NCBI GenBank assembly: GCA_036867785.1
Contig: CP145419.1
Coordinates: 186,001-250,000, forward strand
Direction: 5' to 3'
From: Plasmodiophora brassicae
Lineage: Eukaryota
DNA length: 64,000 nucleotides
In this document: positions 36,748-47,180 of the stretch, one piece after another
Position numbering within the stretch: position 1 is the stretch's first letter
Layout: each line of letters starts with the position of its first letter
Position numbers and translations under genes: made by a program
Notes under the pieces: model-generated
Databases searched by the model: none
The model's input: only the letters and a program-made list of their open reading frames with translations
What the model was told of the DNA's origin: nothing

Positions 36748-39697
36748 TTACAGGAGGGCGTACGCGGCGATGGCGGCCACGGCAGTGCCGACGCCGATGG
36801 CCGCCGTCATGGCCGTTGCCGTGTCGTGGGAGGACAGCTTGGCACCCTGCGGGGACGCGGTCGAGCTCGGTGACGACGACTCGTGATCGGACGACTCCGA
36901 CTCGGACGTGCCGTCCGGCATTGTCTTCGTGTACGAACCGTCCGGGTTGGCTTTCCACGTCGGCCTACCAGAGCGTCAGCACTGCTCGCAAGCAAACCAT
37001 GGTAATCGTTCCGTGTTCTGACCGGGGCTTGCGCGTCGGGCAGATGATCGGTCGCAGCTCGATACCGTAAATTTGGAGCGTCATCGGTGCCGCGTTGTGG
37101 TGCGTCGTCCCGGGCGGCGTCAGGTCGCCAATGACGATGTTGACGATCGTGTGCCTGGCCTTGTTGAACCCACCTATGCCCCGCGCCCCGTTAACAACAA
37201 ACCGACACAGCGCCACGTTATCGTCCACGCGCAGACCTGCAACGGGCAGCGACTGGAACAGGAGGAACAGGTCCTGCTTCTGGCCCGATAGGCCGGTAGC
37301 TCCAACAACCTGGCTGGCACGCACGTTGACGTCCCTGACGTCGCCGCCGACCATGCCACCGTGCCCGTCCGGAACGCACCCGGTGGCAACCTTGACGCGG
37401 ATAAGGAAGTCGCCTCCGACTGGGCCGGACACCGACAACCAGATCCCGTCGAACGCCTCCAGGTTGTAGCACGCCGGCAGCGTCGTGAAGTAGTACGACG
37501 ACGCGTCCTTGGACGTCAGCTCCACGTAGCCGTCGCGGACCGCCACGGCCTGCATCGAAGCTTCGTCGCCGTGCAGCTCGCCCAGCTCGTTCATCTGGTA
37601 CGGCACGCCCGCGTACGACTCGACGACCAGCGCGCAGGGCAGGTCGGGCAGAGGCGGCACGTCGCTGCATGGACCCTCGCGGAACCCGACGTTGTCGATG
37701 AGCACCGTCTGCGGCGACGCTGCGCGTGTCGAACGCCCCGGTTAGCAGTCGACCGATACACGAAGGGAGCAACGCGCTTCGAACCGGTGTGCGGGCCCGC
37801 CCGGTCGACGTTCGTGTTGCGGAAGGCGGCAACCTGGATGGCGGTGAACGACCCGTCGTAGTTCGGGAAGTCGGTCAGCGGGATGTACAGCGTGATGGGC
37901 CCGGTCGCCGGGAACGTCACGTATTCGCTGGCCAGGACCGACCTCGTTACCAGGCCCTGACGTTGCGGTCGTCGTTGGTCAGTGCACTGTTCAATGGGCG
38001 ACATCGCGGAGACGACCGGGTACCTTGGAGTCGTCGTTGCAGTCGACGGCGGTGACGAGGTCGACGCGCATGTCGAACCCAGGGCCGGACATCGGCTCGA
38101 CGTCCATCGACAGGTAGTAGATGTTCTTCTTCAGCGACTTGCACGTGTCGTACGCATGCGAGAACCTGGCCACGTCGTTTAGCGAGGCCCGTCGTGAACG
38201 GCGGCAACCGCGTCACGACGCACCAGTACGAGCCACTGCCCTGCGACGTCAGCGACAGGCGCCCGTCGTCGGTCACCTTCATGTCAGCCATGGTGCCCGC
38301 GTCGCCGCAGTTGCCGCCAAGCTTGTTCGTCGTCAGCGCCGTCCGGTAGTCCTCGAAATCGTTCAGGTGCCAGCCGCAGGTCGCCACTGCCTTCGGCGCC
38401 ACTTCCGGAGGCGTCACCTTGCCACACGCTGTGCCAGCGTCAGCGGTCAGGCAGCAGGCGGTCAACCCCAAATGGCCCCGACGTACACGAACGGACGAAC
38501 TCGATGACGTTGAACTCCATCTGGATGGTGTAGTCGGGCGAGCGCATGCTCCTCAGGTGGAACTGGTCGAAGAACACGCTGGAGATGCGGGTCGGCGTCA
38601 GGCCGGTGAAGGCGGCCAGCGGGATGTACAGGTCCACGGGCGTCTGGCCGTCGTACGTGTACCGGTAGTCGATGGAGTTGACGGACGGCTTCGTGCCGGG
38701 CGCCATCGTAGAACAGTCGGTCACCTGCTGCAGGACGATGCGCATCGAGAACGTGGGCGGCGCCACGACCTGCACGTGCAGGTAGTCGAACTTGGACACG
38801 TCCAGGCACCCGGGCGACGTCGTGTAGAAGTAGCTGTGCTTCGACACCTGCGCCACGAGGTGGGCGGATCCGCCGCGGATCGTCCACGCTTCCGCCATCG
38901 AGCCGTCATCGCTCCTGAACGGGCGACCATCAGGGACGGTTGCAGGGCGAGGTCCAGCGCGAAACCGTACGTGGATCCCATGAGGTTGTTGACCGAGCCG
39001 GGCTTCACAAAGTCGTTGACGACGAGGGCACATGGCGGCGGCGGCGGCGTTCGCGGGCGGGGCGCCAGCGGCGACGCGCAGGACGCCTTCAGCGAGATCT
39101 TGTAGAACGACGCCGGTCCGGTCAGCCCGCCAATCACCAGGTTCATCAAGTTGCCGTTGGGGATCGCCGGGACGAAATCGCTCAACGGGATGTCGATCGT
39201 GATCTTGTTCGCGTCGGTGATGGTGACGCGTTCGCCAATCGAGACGGCGCCACGCGTGATCAGGGCACCCGCGCCCGGCGAGCAGTCCGATGGGCGCGAT
39301 TGCACGTAGAGCGCCATGTCGAACCCGGCCTGGGCAGCGATCGTCACCGACAGGTAGTCAAAGTTCGACCCGTCGAAACACTGTCCATCCTCGCGAAAGG
39401 TCGTGTACCACGACGACGTCGGCGCTGTCGTCGACACAGTTCCAATGGTCAGCAAACGCGCATCGAGCAGCGAAACGGTTCTCGTCTACCGGGCGTGAAG
39501 ACGACGTGGTCGTCGTCCTGCTCGGTGGAGATCATCGGGTTGGCCTCCCGGGAGGTCAGGCCCAGGGCGTTGACGTTGCTGGAGAACGCGTCCGCATTCG
39601 AGAAATCGTTGATGACCAGCTCGCAGCCGGTCGGCTTGACGACCGTCTGCGCCCATGCGGCCAGGGGCGCGATAGCGAGCAGGACGAGACCTTTCAT
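36748..39697 (-). CDS. Secreted, probably GPI-anchored protein with four repeated beta-rich (CBM-like) domains, multi-exon
   Basis: Signal peptide MKGLVLLAIAPLAAWA. Four repeats start CELVINDF, CALVVNDF, CGWHLNDF and CALVVESY, sharing N.LG, S(W/Y)(Y/F)YT, C.D.S.FD and IPL.DF-like motifs. A Ser-rich linker and hydrophobic C-terminus (AIGVGTAVAAIAAYALL*) follow. Confidence 0.75.
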
Positions 39698-39999
39698 CGT
39701 TGCGTCTGCCGAGGCAGAATGGGATGTGGACGTTCCCCCGTCCCGCTCTCCTATCGACACATGGGACCGGGCGAGCCCAGTCGCTAACGTGACCTGGGGC
39801 CACAGACCGCCTCCACAGTGGCCGCAAGATATCTCCAGCAGCAGGTAACCCCCTTTGCCAACCGTAACGTGTGCACACAGGGTTCACCCGTTCCGGAACA
39901 GGACGTCGGGAACGAGAATGGTCAGCACCGGCAGCCTGGAACTGGCTAGGTGCACAGGGTCGGTTAAGTATATTTGGTGAATAAAAGCGTTTGCCTGTT

Positions 40000-40371
40000 C
40001 TATAGACCGTCGAATTCCTCGAGGGATGCTTTGCGCGTGGACTTGCGGGCGGCGGCCTGCTGCGCTTCCCGAATGCGTTTCATGGAGACGCGTTTCAGGC
40101 CGGTCTGGTTCGCTTCGCGTTCCATGTCCAGCTCGGATAAGGTGGCGACGTTCTCGCCGCGGATGACGAAGACGCCGATGTCCTCCTCGGCGAACATCTT
40201 GTCGACGACGATGCGCTTGACGGTGTGCATCAGGACCAGGTTGTAGAACTGGTCGAACGAGATCAGCGTGCCCACCAGCACCTTGCCGTCGCGCAGCACG
40301 CAGAGCACGCGGCGCTCCAGGAAGTCGACCAGGCTGGCCCGGACCGAGTGCTCGAGGAAGACGGCATCCAT
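40000..40371 (-). CDS. LSM1: Sm-like protein LSM1
   Basis: ASLVDFLERRVLCVLRDGKVLVGTLISFDQFYNLVL...GVFVIRGENV. Confidence 0.9.
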   Translation of the reverse strand: MDAVFLEHSVRASLVDFLERRVLCVLRDGKVLVGTLISFDQFYNLVLMHTVKRIVVDKMFAEEDIGVFVIRGENVATLSELDMEREANQTGLKRVSMKRIREAQQAAARKSTRKASLEEFDGL

Positions 40372-40518
40372 CGGCAGGCACCGATCGGCAAATACCGTCT
40401 GCGTGGCGCAAGTCCGCGACTTATGTCGGTTAAGTTCCCCTCGGGCACGTTACCCACCGAACGGGACAGATACCAACGTTCGGTCGCGTGCCACTACTTC
40501 CCGTCAATATAGTACAGG

Positions 40519-41398
40519 ATGGCGGCGGCGGTGGCGGCGCTGGTACTGGCGTTAACGGTGATGCTGTCGCGCGGGGCTGGCGATCGAGGCGGCGACCCGA
40601 AGCAGTTTCAGCCGCTCGGGTTCTTTTCGACGCCGCGCAGCGAGTTCTGGACGCTGACGAATGCGATCCCGGATTCGGGCGAGTGGCAGATGACGGCGTT
40701 CGGCGGGAAGACGTACGGTCCGTATCTGAAGTTCGGCGACTATGCAAAGGACGCGTTCTCAGCGTCCGGACCTGTAACCGACCCAAATCTCTGCAAAGCC
40801 GTCGGCCTGTTCTGATCATCGCTCCGTCCAACAGGTCACGTTGTCCTTCAGTAGCTCCAACGGCGGCGACCCGCTCACGGCGGACGTGTCCGTCACACCT
40901 GGCAACTTTTTCATGATTGCGTTGTACTCCGACCAGGGCCAGAATCAAATCAGCTTCTACTCGTTCTCCTCGGGCGCGTTCCTCAGTGCCGTCCAGAGCG
41001 GCCTGGCCGTTGTCTACTTTACGAATTTCGTTAGCAACCGCAACATGCAGATCTTCATTGACGGCGTCCTGTTCATGGACCTACCGACGCATGCAGTAGG
41101 CGGATCTCCTATCATACGCTCGCCAGTCACCTTGCAGCCGAGCCAGTTCAACTCGGTCATCGAGCTCTACGATGTGAGCGCCCCTGGATCCGCCGTCCTG
41201 GCAGTCCGGGGCCAGCTCAGCTTAGCGGCCAAGTGCGTCTACGTCTGTCAGGTCATGGCCGACCCGAACAACCAGGACACGTACCCGTACACCATCACGT
41301 TTTACAAGCATTCGCTTTCCCCAGGATCTCGCCCGGCATCGCCAACATCGTTCGCGCTTATTGCTAGCCTGATCCTGGCCGTCTCAATGTCATTATGA
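40519..41398 (+). CDS. Secreted/GPI-type beta-rich surface protein (DUF4397-like pattern), 2 exons
   Basis: Signal peptide; TNAIPD...LKFGDY and a second VYFTNF...IFIDG unit; hydrophobic C-terminal tail. The domain call is tentative. Confidence 0.6.
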
Positions 41399-41576
41399 TC
41401 AATATCATGTTCTGTTTGTCGACACAGTAACCGATGCTGTGCATGCTGATAATCATAATTGTGATGCCATGCGCTATATTGATGGCACATGGGAGCAAAT
41501 CTGCAGACGGGGATGGCGGTGTCCTGACTGCGCCCGGCGTCGGTTGTTTATTCAGAATCCAGTCTCGCTTACGAAT

Positions 41577-43038
41577 CTAGTCCTTAAGTAGATCAGCAAC
41601 CATGTCGCGTTCCTCGAGAAGCTCCTTCTTCGTCTTCTCGATCATTTCGGCGCTGAACGAATCGATCTCGAGCCCTTGAACGATCTTGTATTCGTCCTTC
41701 GCGGTGGTCACAGGGTACCTACAGTCGCACCGATGAGAGCGAGCCGCTGTGCGATGCCGGGGACACGCACGAAAAGAAGATGCCTTCTTCAATCCCATAG
41801 CTACCGTCACTGGGGACGGCCATTGACACCCACTTGCCGTTTGTTCCTAGACGGCGGCCGTCAGATAACGCGCGTATCGCCGAGAATACGTGCAGAGCTT
41901 GTACCCAGTGCACGGTCACGCGTTTGCATGATCGCAGCGTTTGCTGCAGAAGCGGCACTGGACAACCCACGAGCTGCGATGATTGCGGCACCACGCTGCT
42001 GGACCGTTGGGATGAACGTCTCGCGGACCCATTTCTCGTCGTTGATGAGGGACTTCGCAGGCTTGCCTTTGACGGTAGCGTGCGTGATGTCGGGATACTG
42101 GGTGGCACTGTGATTGCCCCAGATCGCAACCTTCGCAACGTCGGTGCAGTGGGACTGAGTCTTGATGGCAACCTGCGCGACCGCTCGGTCGTGGTCAAGC
42201 CGAGTCATGGCGCTGAAGTTCGACCTACAGGCGACGCGTGAGAAAGCGAACAGAGCACCAAGCGAAGCGGCTGACCTGGGAATGTTTGGAGCGTTGCTAG
42301 CTGCAACCAGACAGTTCGTGTTGGCCGGGTTCCCTGTACCAGGGAACGTGAGAACCCATCGAAGAATGTAAAAGCGGTCGTAGCTGCGTACCGACGACAA
42401 GAACCTTGGCGATCTTCTTAGCATTCTTGTTCAGGGCTTCCCCGGTGCCGACAAAGATCTTCCCATTGATGGCCAGAAGATCCTTGCGCTCCATGCCTTT
42501 ACCACGCGGCCGACTACCAACAAGCAACGCGTAATCGATGTCATCAAACCCTTCATTCAGGTCGCTCGTCTGCACAACTGCGTACGACTCAACGAATCGA
42601 ACGGCGGCAAACGAGTCCGGCGCGTCCTTACTTCCTTTCAGCAGCGGGAATGCACAGTCGTCAAGCTCCATTGCGACTCCCGCCAAATTCTTCAGCGCCT
42701 ACAGCAACAGTCGCTCTAAGTCAGCTGAACAGCGCACAGCGATTCGCACCCAGAAATACCGACAGCTTCGAGTTCAATGGCGTGAATAATAACAGGCTGG
42801 TCGGGGCCGAACAGTTCTCCCGACGCAATCTAAACCGTGTGTTCACAGGCAGCGATCGACGATACCGCAGGTTGACACGTACGCGGAACAGCAACGAGTA
42901 CCCAATCTGGCCGGCAGCCCCGGTCACGGCGACCCGCTTGGCCGGTTTCGTGGACAGGGCGCGGGCTGCCAAGCCGCGCGACGAGGCGCCCGCCGACACG
43001 ACGCGCCCGATATTCCGCCACATCCCGCTGGACAGCAT
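41577..43038 (-). CDS. MDH: Malate dehydrogenase (MDH1/bacterial type) with N-terminal targeting-like extension, intron-rich
   Basis: [79 protein letters not shown]. Confidence 0.95.
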
Positions 43039-43264
43039 CGCCGGTCGAGGGAACAAGATGCGGGGCACAAAACGCGAATGGCCGCAAAGTGCGCCCGCCC
43101 CCAATCAGTTTTGTGTCGAACGACGCCTCGCGATCCCGTCCCGCGAGAACAAAACGTTTCCCCCCGACCCAGCAGGTCGGCGACGTCGACGCGGGCCCGA
43201 CACGTCGCTCGCTCGCCATGTCTGTTTTGTACATACGCAGGTAGGTACGTTGACACAGTGCGCA

Positions 43265-43530
43265 GCGGTGTAGCGCCGGCGTTAATTGATGATTCGCGGG
43301 CAGCAGACGGCCGACGTCGTCAACAGAACGCAACGTTTCGAACACGATGTCAGTTTCCGCTCCAGGCGGGATAACATCGGCTGCAGTCTTCGTCAACGGC
43401 ACGTGTAGCAGCCGGCGGCTGACAGATAGCAACACCACTAATCGCAGCGTCGGGATGCCTTCACGGAGCGAGGCACTGGGTTCCAGTTCGTTGGTGTCGC
43501 GCAAACACGGAACATTCGGCAACCGGGGTG
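43265..43530 (-). pseudogene. Relic fragment of the adjacent secreted-protein family
   Basis: EGIPTL...VSRRLLHVPL...VIPPGAETDIVFETLRSVDDVGRLL...LHR aligns with EGIPTL...VSQRLPHVLL...VFPPGTEPGIVLETLCSVDNGRLL...PLHR of 43618-45990. Confidence 0.75.
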
Positions 43531-43617
43531 CTCTCAGCGTCCAGGGCATGAGTACTTCGCCTGCGCCCGGCGCCACCAATGACCGGCTGATACGCTTCCC
43601 CACATAGAACGCATGTA

Positions 43618-45990
43618 TTACACGCATGGTTTGACACATCTTGATGACCGCTCAGCATCATCACCTGACCGTTTTCGCTTTGACCGGCCAATCCCATTAT
43701 GGCCAATGTGGAACGCGTTGCCAGCCGACTTCGTACTGTTATTTGGCCTGCCGCTGTTGACGTCCTCACCACCGGGATGGCAGGAGACATCGCCGACGAG
43801 CGGGTAGGCGTCCGCCAGATCGGTGAGGTTCGAGTTGTGCGCAACGCGAGAAAAGAGCAACTCCGTTATTGCAGGGATAGGCAGCGGCGCGATCGATGGT
43901 TCGCTGTTTCCGGTTAGCAGGTCGACGGTATTGTCGAGTAGGCGCTCGTAGGCAGCAGCATCCATATTCATTTCGGAATGAAATTCCAGACGCTGCATGG
44001 CCAAACTAAGAAACGTGTCGTCATTGTGGTCTTTGGCGAACAGCAACTCGAGCAGTCGCTTGGACGTGGCAGCAATACGAAGTAGGGACGGTACAAGATG
44101 GTGCAACGACGGATGGGCAACTGCCCGGTGCAATGGTGTCCACCCATCCGACGGCCACTGGACGAGCAGCAGACGGCCGTTGTCAACAGAGCACAACGTT
44201 TCCAACACGATGCCTGGTTCCGTTCCAGGCGGGAATACAAGTTCGGCTGCAATCTCCATCAGCAGCACATGCGGCAGCCGCTGACTGACAGAAGGCACCA
44301 TCTCCGATAGCAGCGTCGGAATGCCTTCAGGGGGCGAGGTAATCAGGCGATGAAGAGACGACTGATAGGGAGCCGTGGCAGACAGGTACAGCTGGAGTAT
44401 TTCGTCATCAGCAAGCCTAGCTAGCGTTTCATCGCTGCACGCCTTAACAACCATATCGTATGACGAAGCAGCACGGTCCAAGTGGCCCAAGTGACGAGCA
44501 CGCTCATAGATCAGCGGAAGGGACTCGTTCAACGATGACTGGGCAAGCCAGAAGTCCACGCACGATTCTCCATCGACTTTGGTAGTTAGTGCTCGGGTCA
44601 CCCAGGACAGTGACGCGTGCTCTCGAATCCAGTCAAAGATGTCCAGGGTCATACATGGCGCATGCAGAATGGTACGTCCCGCGTCACATGTTTGCTGTAA
44701 GGCCTCAGCCAACGCCTGCCCTGTTGTCATCGCAGACAATTTCTTCAAGTCGTCAAGCGCATGCGGTCGGCACATCTGGAAGTCGCGAAGGATCGTCCTG
44801 CCGACACCTTGGAAGACAGCGTCAGGCGGCATAATCAGAGGAAGGATGCTGTCAATTTCATCCATGTAGTTGCCGGTCAGTAGATACACAAGAATGTTGT
44901 GGGCCCACTCCCTGGTACTGAACTGTGTTTGATATGCGCCAGCGAGCTGGACGAGTTCGGAGGACACGGGCTGAGAAAACATCTCGAAGAAGTGCGCGAA
45001 GACCTTGGCAGGCTGAACCGCGTACCTCACCATAGCCCTCAGTAACCCTTTGGCATCGTTGTCGACCTCATTGTTCGGGAGCGATCTCCGCAATTCGATG
45101 GCGATGCCATTCCGTTCGAATTCGGCGCCGAGCATAATCATTAGGGTCGCCTCGCGCAAGCGGTGATCAAAGATTGCCTGTGACAGGCACGACACACCGG
45201 TTTCGTGATCGTCATCGTTAATACCGAGGCCGTGCTCGACCAGCGCAATCAACAACGGCATGTTGTCGTCACATTGCATTTCGTATTGCAAGGCAATTCG
45301 ACAGAGAGCAGCATCGCGGTAGGAGAAGTGATCGTCGACCAACGTCAGTACAGACCGCGTGATCTCCTCGTTGCTATCGAAACAATCCAACAGCCGCCGG
45401 TGCCTGCTCCTCGTCTCCAGATCGCCTTGCGACAAAATCGACCCAGAGGTAAATCGGGCTCCAGTCGACACCAGGAAACGGAATGCGGCATGAGCGCGTT
45501 CGCGATGCGGTCGGTCATAGACATCCAACGCAGTGCAATGACGCAGCGCAATCCCCAGAGCATGTCCAGCAGGAAGCCCCCACGCGTTGACCAGTGTGTC
45601 CAGCATGAATTGCCAATCGCGATACGGCACGGCAGAATCAACATCAAACAGTTCTTCGAGCAGATATAGATGTTGCCGAGGCACAATCATTCCACGTCGC
45701 ATGACGTTGTTCGCGTACGCGGAGATGACACGTTCATGCCGACGGATGCGTTGCAGACGGAAGAAGTCCAACAGATAGTCAGATGGCGCACGCGGAGCAA
45801 AGAGCGTATGCCACAATTGCTTCGTATGATTGACGAGACGGTCGGCGCCACCGTGCAGCACATGTCGATCAATCAGCCCGGCCGATGGAGCAGAGCCAGG
45901 CATGATCGTCCGCTGACCATACGGAGCAGGATGATCGCCCCAGGCAGCGGCAACCAGCAATAGTAGCAACGCCAACAACTGCATCGTCAT
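43618..45990 (-). CDS. Intronless secreted protein with degenerate ankyrin-like motifs, family member 1 (~790 aa)
   Basis: Signal peptide MQLLALLLLLVAAAWG; GRTILH and GWTPLHRA motifs; basic C-terminal RSKRKRS. Colinear with members 2 and 3. Confidence 0.85.
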   Translation of the reverse strand: MTMQLLALLLLLVAAAWGDHPAPYGQRTIMPGSAPSAGLIDRHVLHGGADRLVNHTKQLWHTLFAPRAPSDYLLDFFRLQRIRRHERVISAYANNVMRRGMIVPRQHLYLLEELFDVDSAVPYRDWQFMLDTLVNAWGLPAGHALGIALRHCTALDVYDRPHRERAHAAFRFLVSTGARFTSGSILSQGDLETRSRHRRLLDCFDSNEEITRSVLTLVDDHFSYRDAALCRIALQYEMQCDDNMPLLIALVEHGLGINDDDHETGVSCLSQAIFDHRLREATLMIMLGAEFERNGIAIELRRSLPNNEVDNDAKGLLRAMVRYAVQPAKVFAHFFEMFSQPVSSELVQLAGAYQTQFSTREWAHNILVYLLTGNYMDEIDSILPLIMPPDAVFQGVGRTILRDFQMCRPHALDDLKKLSAMTTGQALAEALQQTCDAGRTILHAPCMTLDIFDWIREHASLSWVTRALTTKVDGESCVDFWLAQSSLNESLPLIYERARHLGHLDRAASSYDMVVKACSDETLARLADDEILQLYLSATAPYQSSLHRLITSPPEGIPTLLSEMVPSVSQRLPHVLLMEIAAELVFPPGTEPGIVLETLCSVDNGRLLLVQWPSDGWTPLHRAVAHPSLHHLVPSLLRIAATSKRLLELLFAKDHNDDTFLSLAMQRLEFHSEMNMDAAAYERLLDNTVDLLTGNSEPSIAPLPIPAITELLFSRVAHNSNLTDLADAYPLVGDVSCHPGGEDVNSGRPNNSTKSAGNAFHIGHNGIGRSKRKRSGDDAERSSRCVKPCV

Positions 45991-46112
45991 AGCTACCAAT
46001 CAGCTTGTAAACTGGCGACTGCGGCGTTCCACTCGTTGGCCGCTAAACATAGCGATAGCGGGCTCGGAAGCCGCCGAAGTCCGAACGCACTGCGTGAGCC
46101 TCACGCAGTGCG

Positions 46113-46950
46113 TAGAGATGGTAGCGGGTCGACCCGACCCGAGTCGACCGGGACCCGTCTGGGTGTTCCCAGTCGACCCGGGCCACGGACGTCGTGTACC
46201 CGCACACGGGGCAATGGCTGGCACATCACTTCCTCCAAGTGGTTGTGGATATGGATCCTGACCTACTCTCCAGCGTATGGACGATAACTGCTGACAATGC
46301 GTCGTCGAACAGTTGAATGGTCGACAGCATCAACGAGTCCTTACAAGACATGGTCACCAGATCCTTTGAGCACTCTGTCCCGTCTAAGACGTGGTGCGCG
46401 GAACTCGACATCGACGATGGCAGCGGCTCTGGATCCAAGAATGAAGGCGTTCTTGAAGGTGCTCGGGATCGAGCACCTTCAAGTTGCGTCAGCACTCGTC
46501 GACGAGTTTACTTTGCACTATAGAGCTCGCTACGAAGCCACGTTTGCAAGTCATACCGTTGCAGACGGCGCCACTGCAAATCCCGAATCTTCTTCGTTTG
46601 AGGCAACGGCAGCGATGAACAGCCGGCCAACCCTTCTCAAATCGAACGAGGAGACCCAACCACCTGGAGGAAGTGAATCTTCCAGCGAGTCGTTCGAGAA
46701 CGAACTTCGAATGTCAGTGGAGCAGAGCTCCCGCGACGTTTGCACGTCGTTCAAGGTTAACCAGCAACTGTTTCCACGGGTCGCGATGACGGCGCGTGAC
46801 TTCATGGGGGTGAAGTCAACCTCGGTTCCCAGCGAGGTTGCGTTCTCGAAGGCGGGGTCTACCATTAACAGACGCCGACCGCGCCTGAGCGACACAGCAG
46901 TGGCTGCTATCTGCGGATTGCACTCATTCTTACAATACAAACGACCTAAA
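46113..46950 (+). mobile_element. Truncated hAT transposon (left end plus C-terminal dimerisation-domain remnant)
   Basis: TAGAGATGG terminus followed by GACCCG repeats. The ORF encodes FPRVAMTARDFMGVKSTSVPSEVAFSKAGSTINRRRPRLS (hAT dimerisation-domain consensus). Right TIR not found. Confidence 0.82.
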
Positions 46951-47180
46951 TTACGTATTCCATGTCTTCTGGAGGTGTTTCCTGGCCAGTGGCTGCTCGG
47001 TGTGCGGATTAGTACGCCTCTTCGATAAGTGTCGACGACACTGCCATGCCACCGCCTCTCGGAAGTGGGTACTCTGTCCAAATCCCCATAACCATGTGTA
47101 CGGAATCGTTATAGCTCGCGGGAGCGACTGACTACAAACAGCGACAGTGCCCTCTTGATCACAGCATGCAGTCATGAATT

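Noticed and set aside
36965-39887. Many long overlapping antisense or alternative-frame ORFs (here and throughout the window)
   Set aside because: These are expected shadows of high-GC coding sequence, Arg/Pro-rich and without domains.
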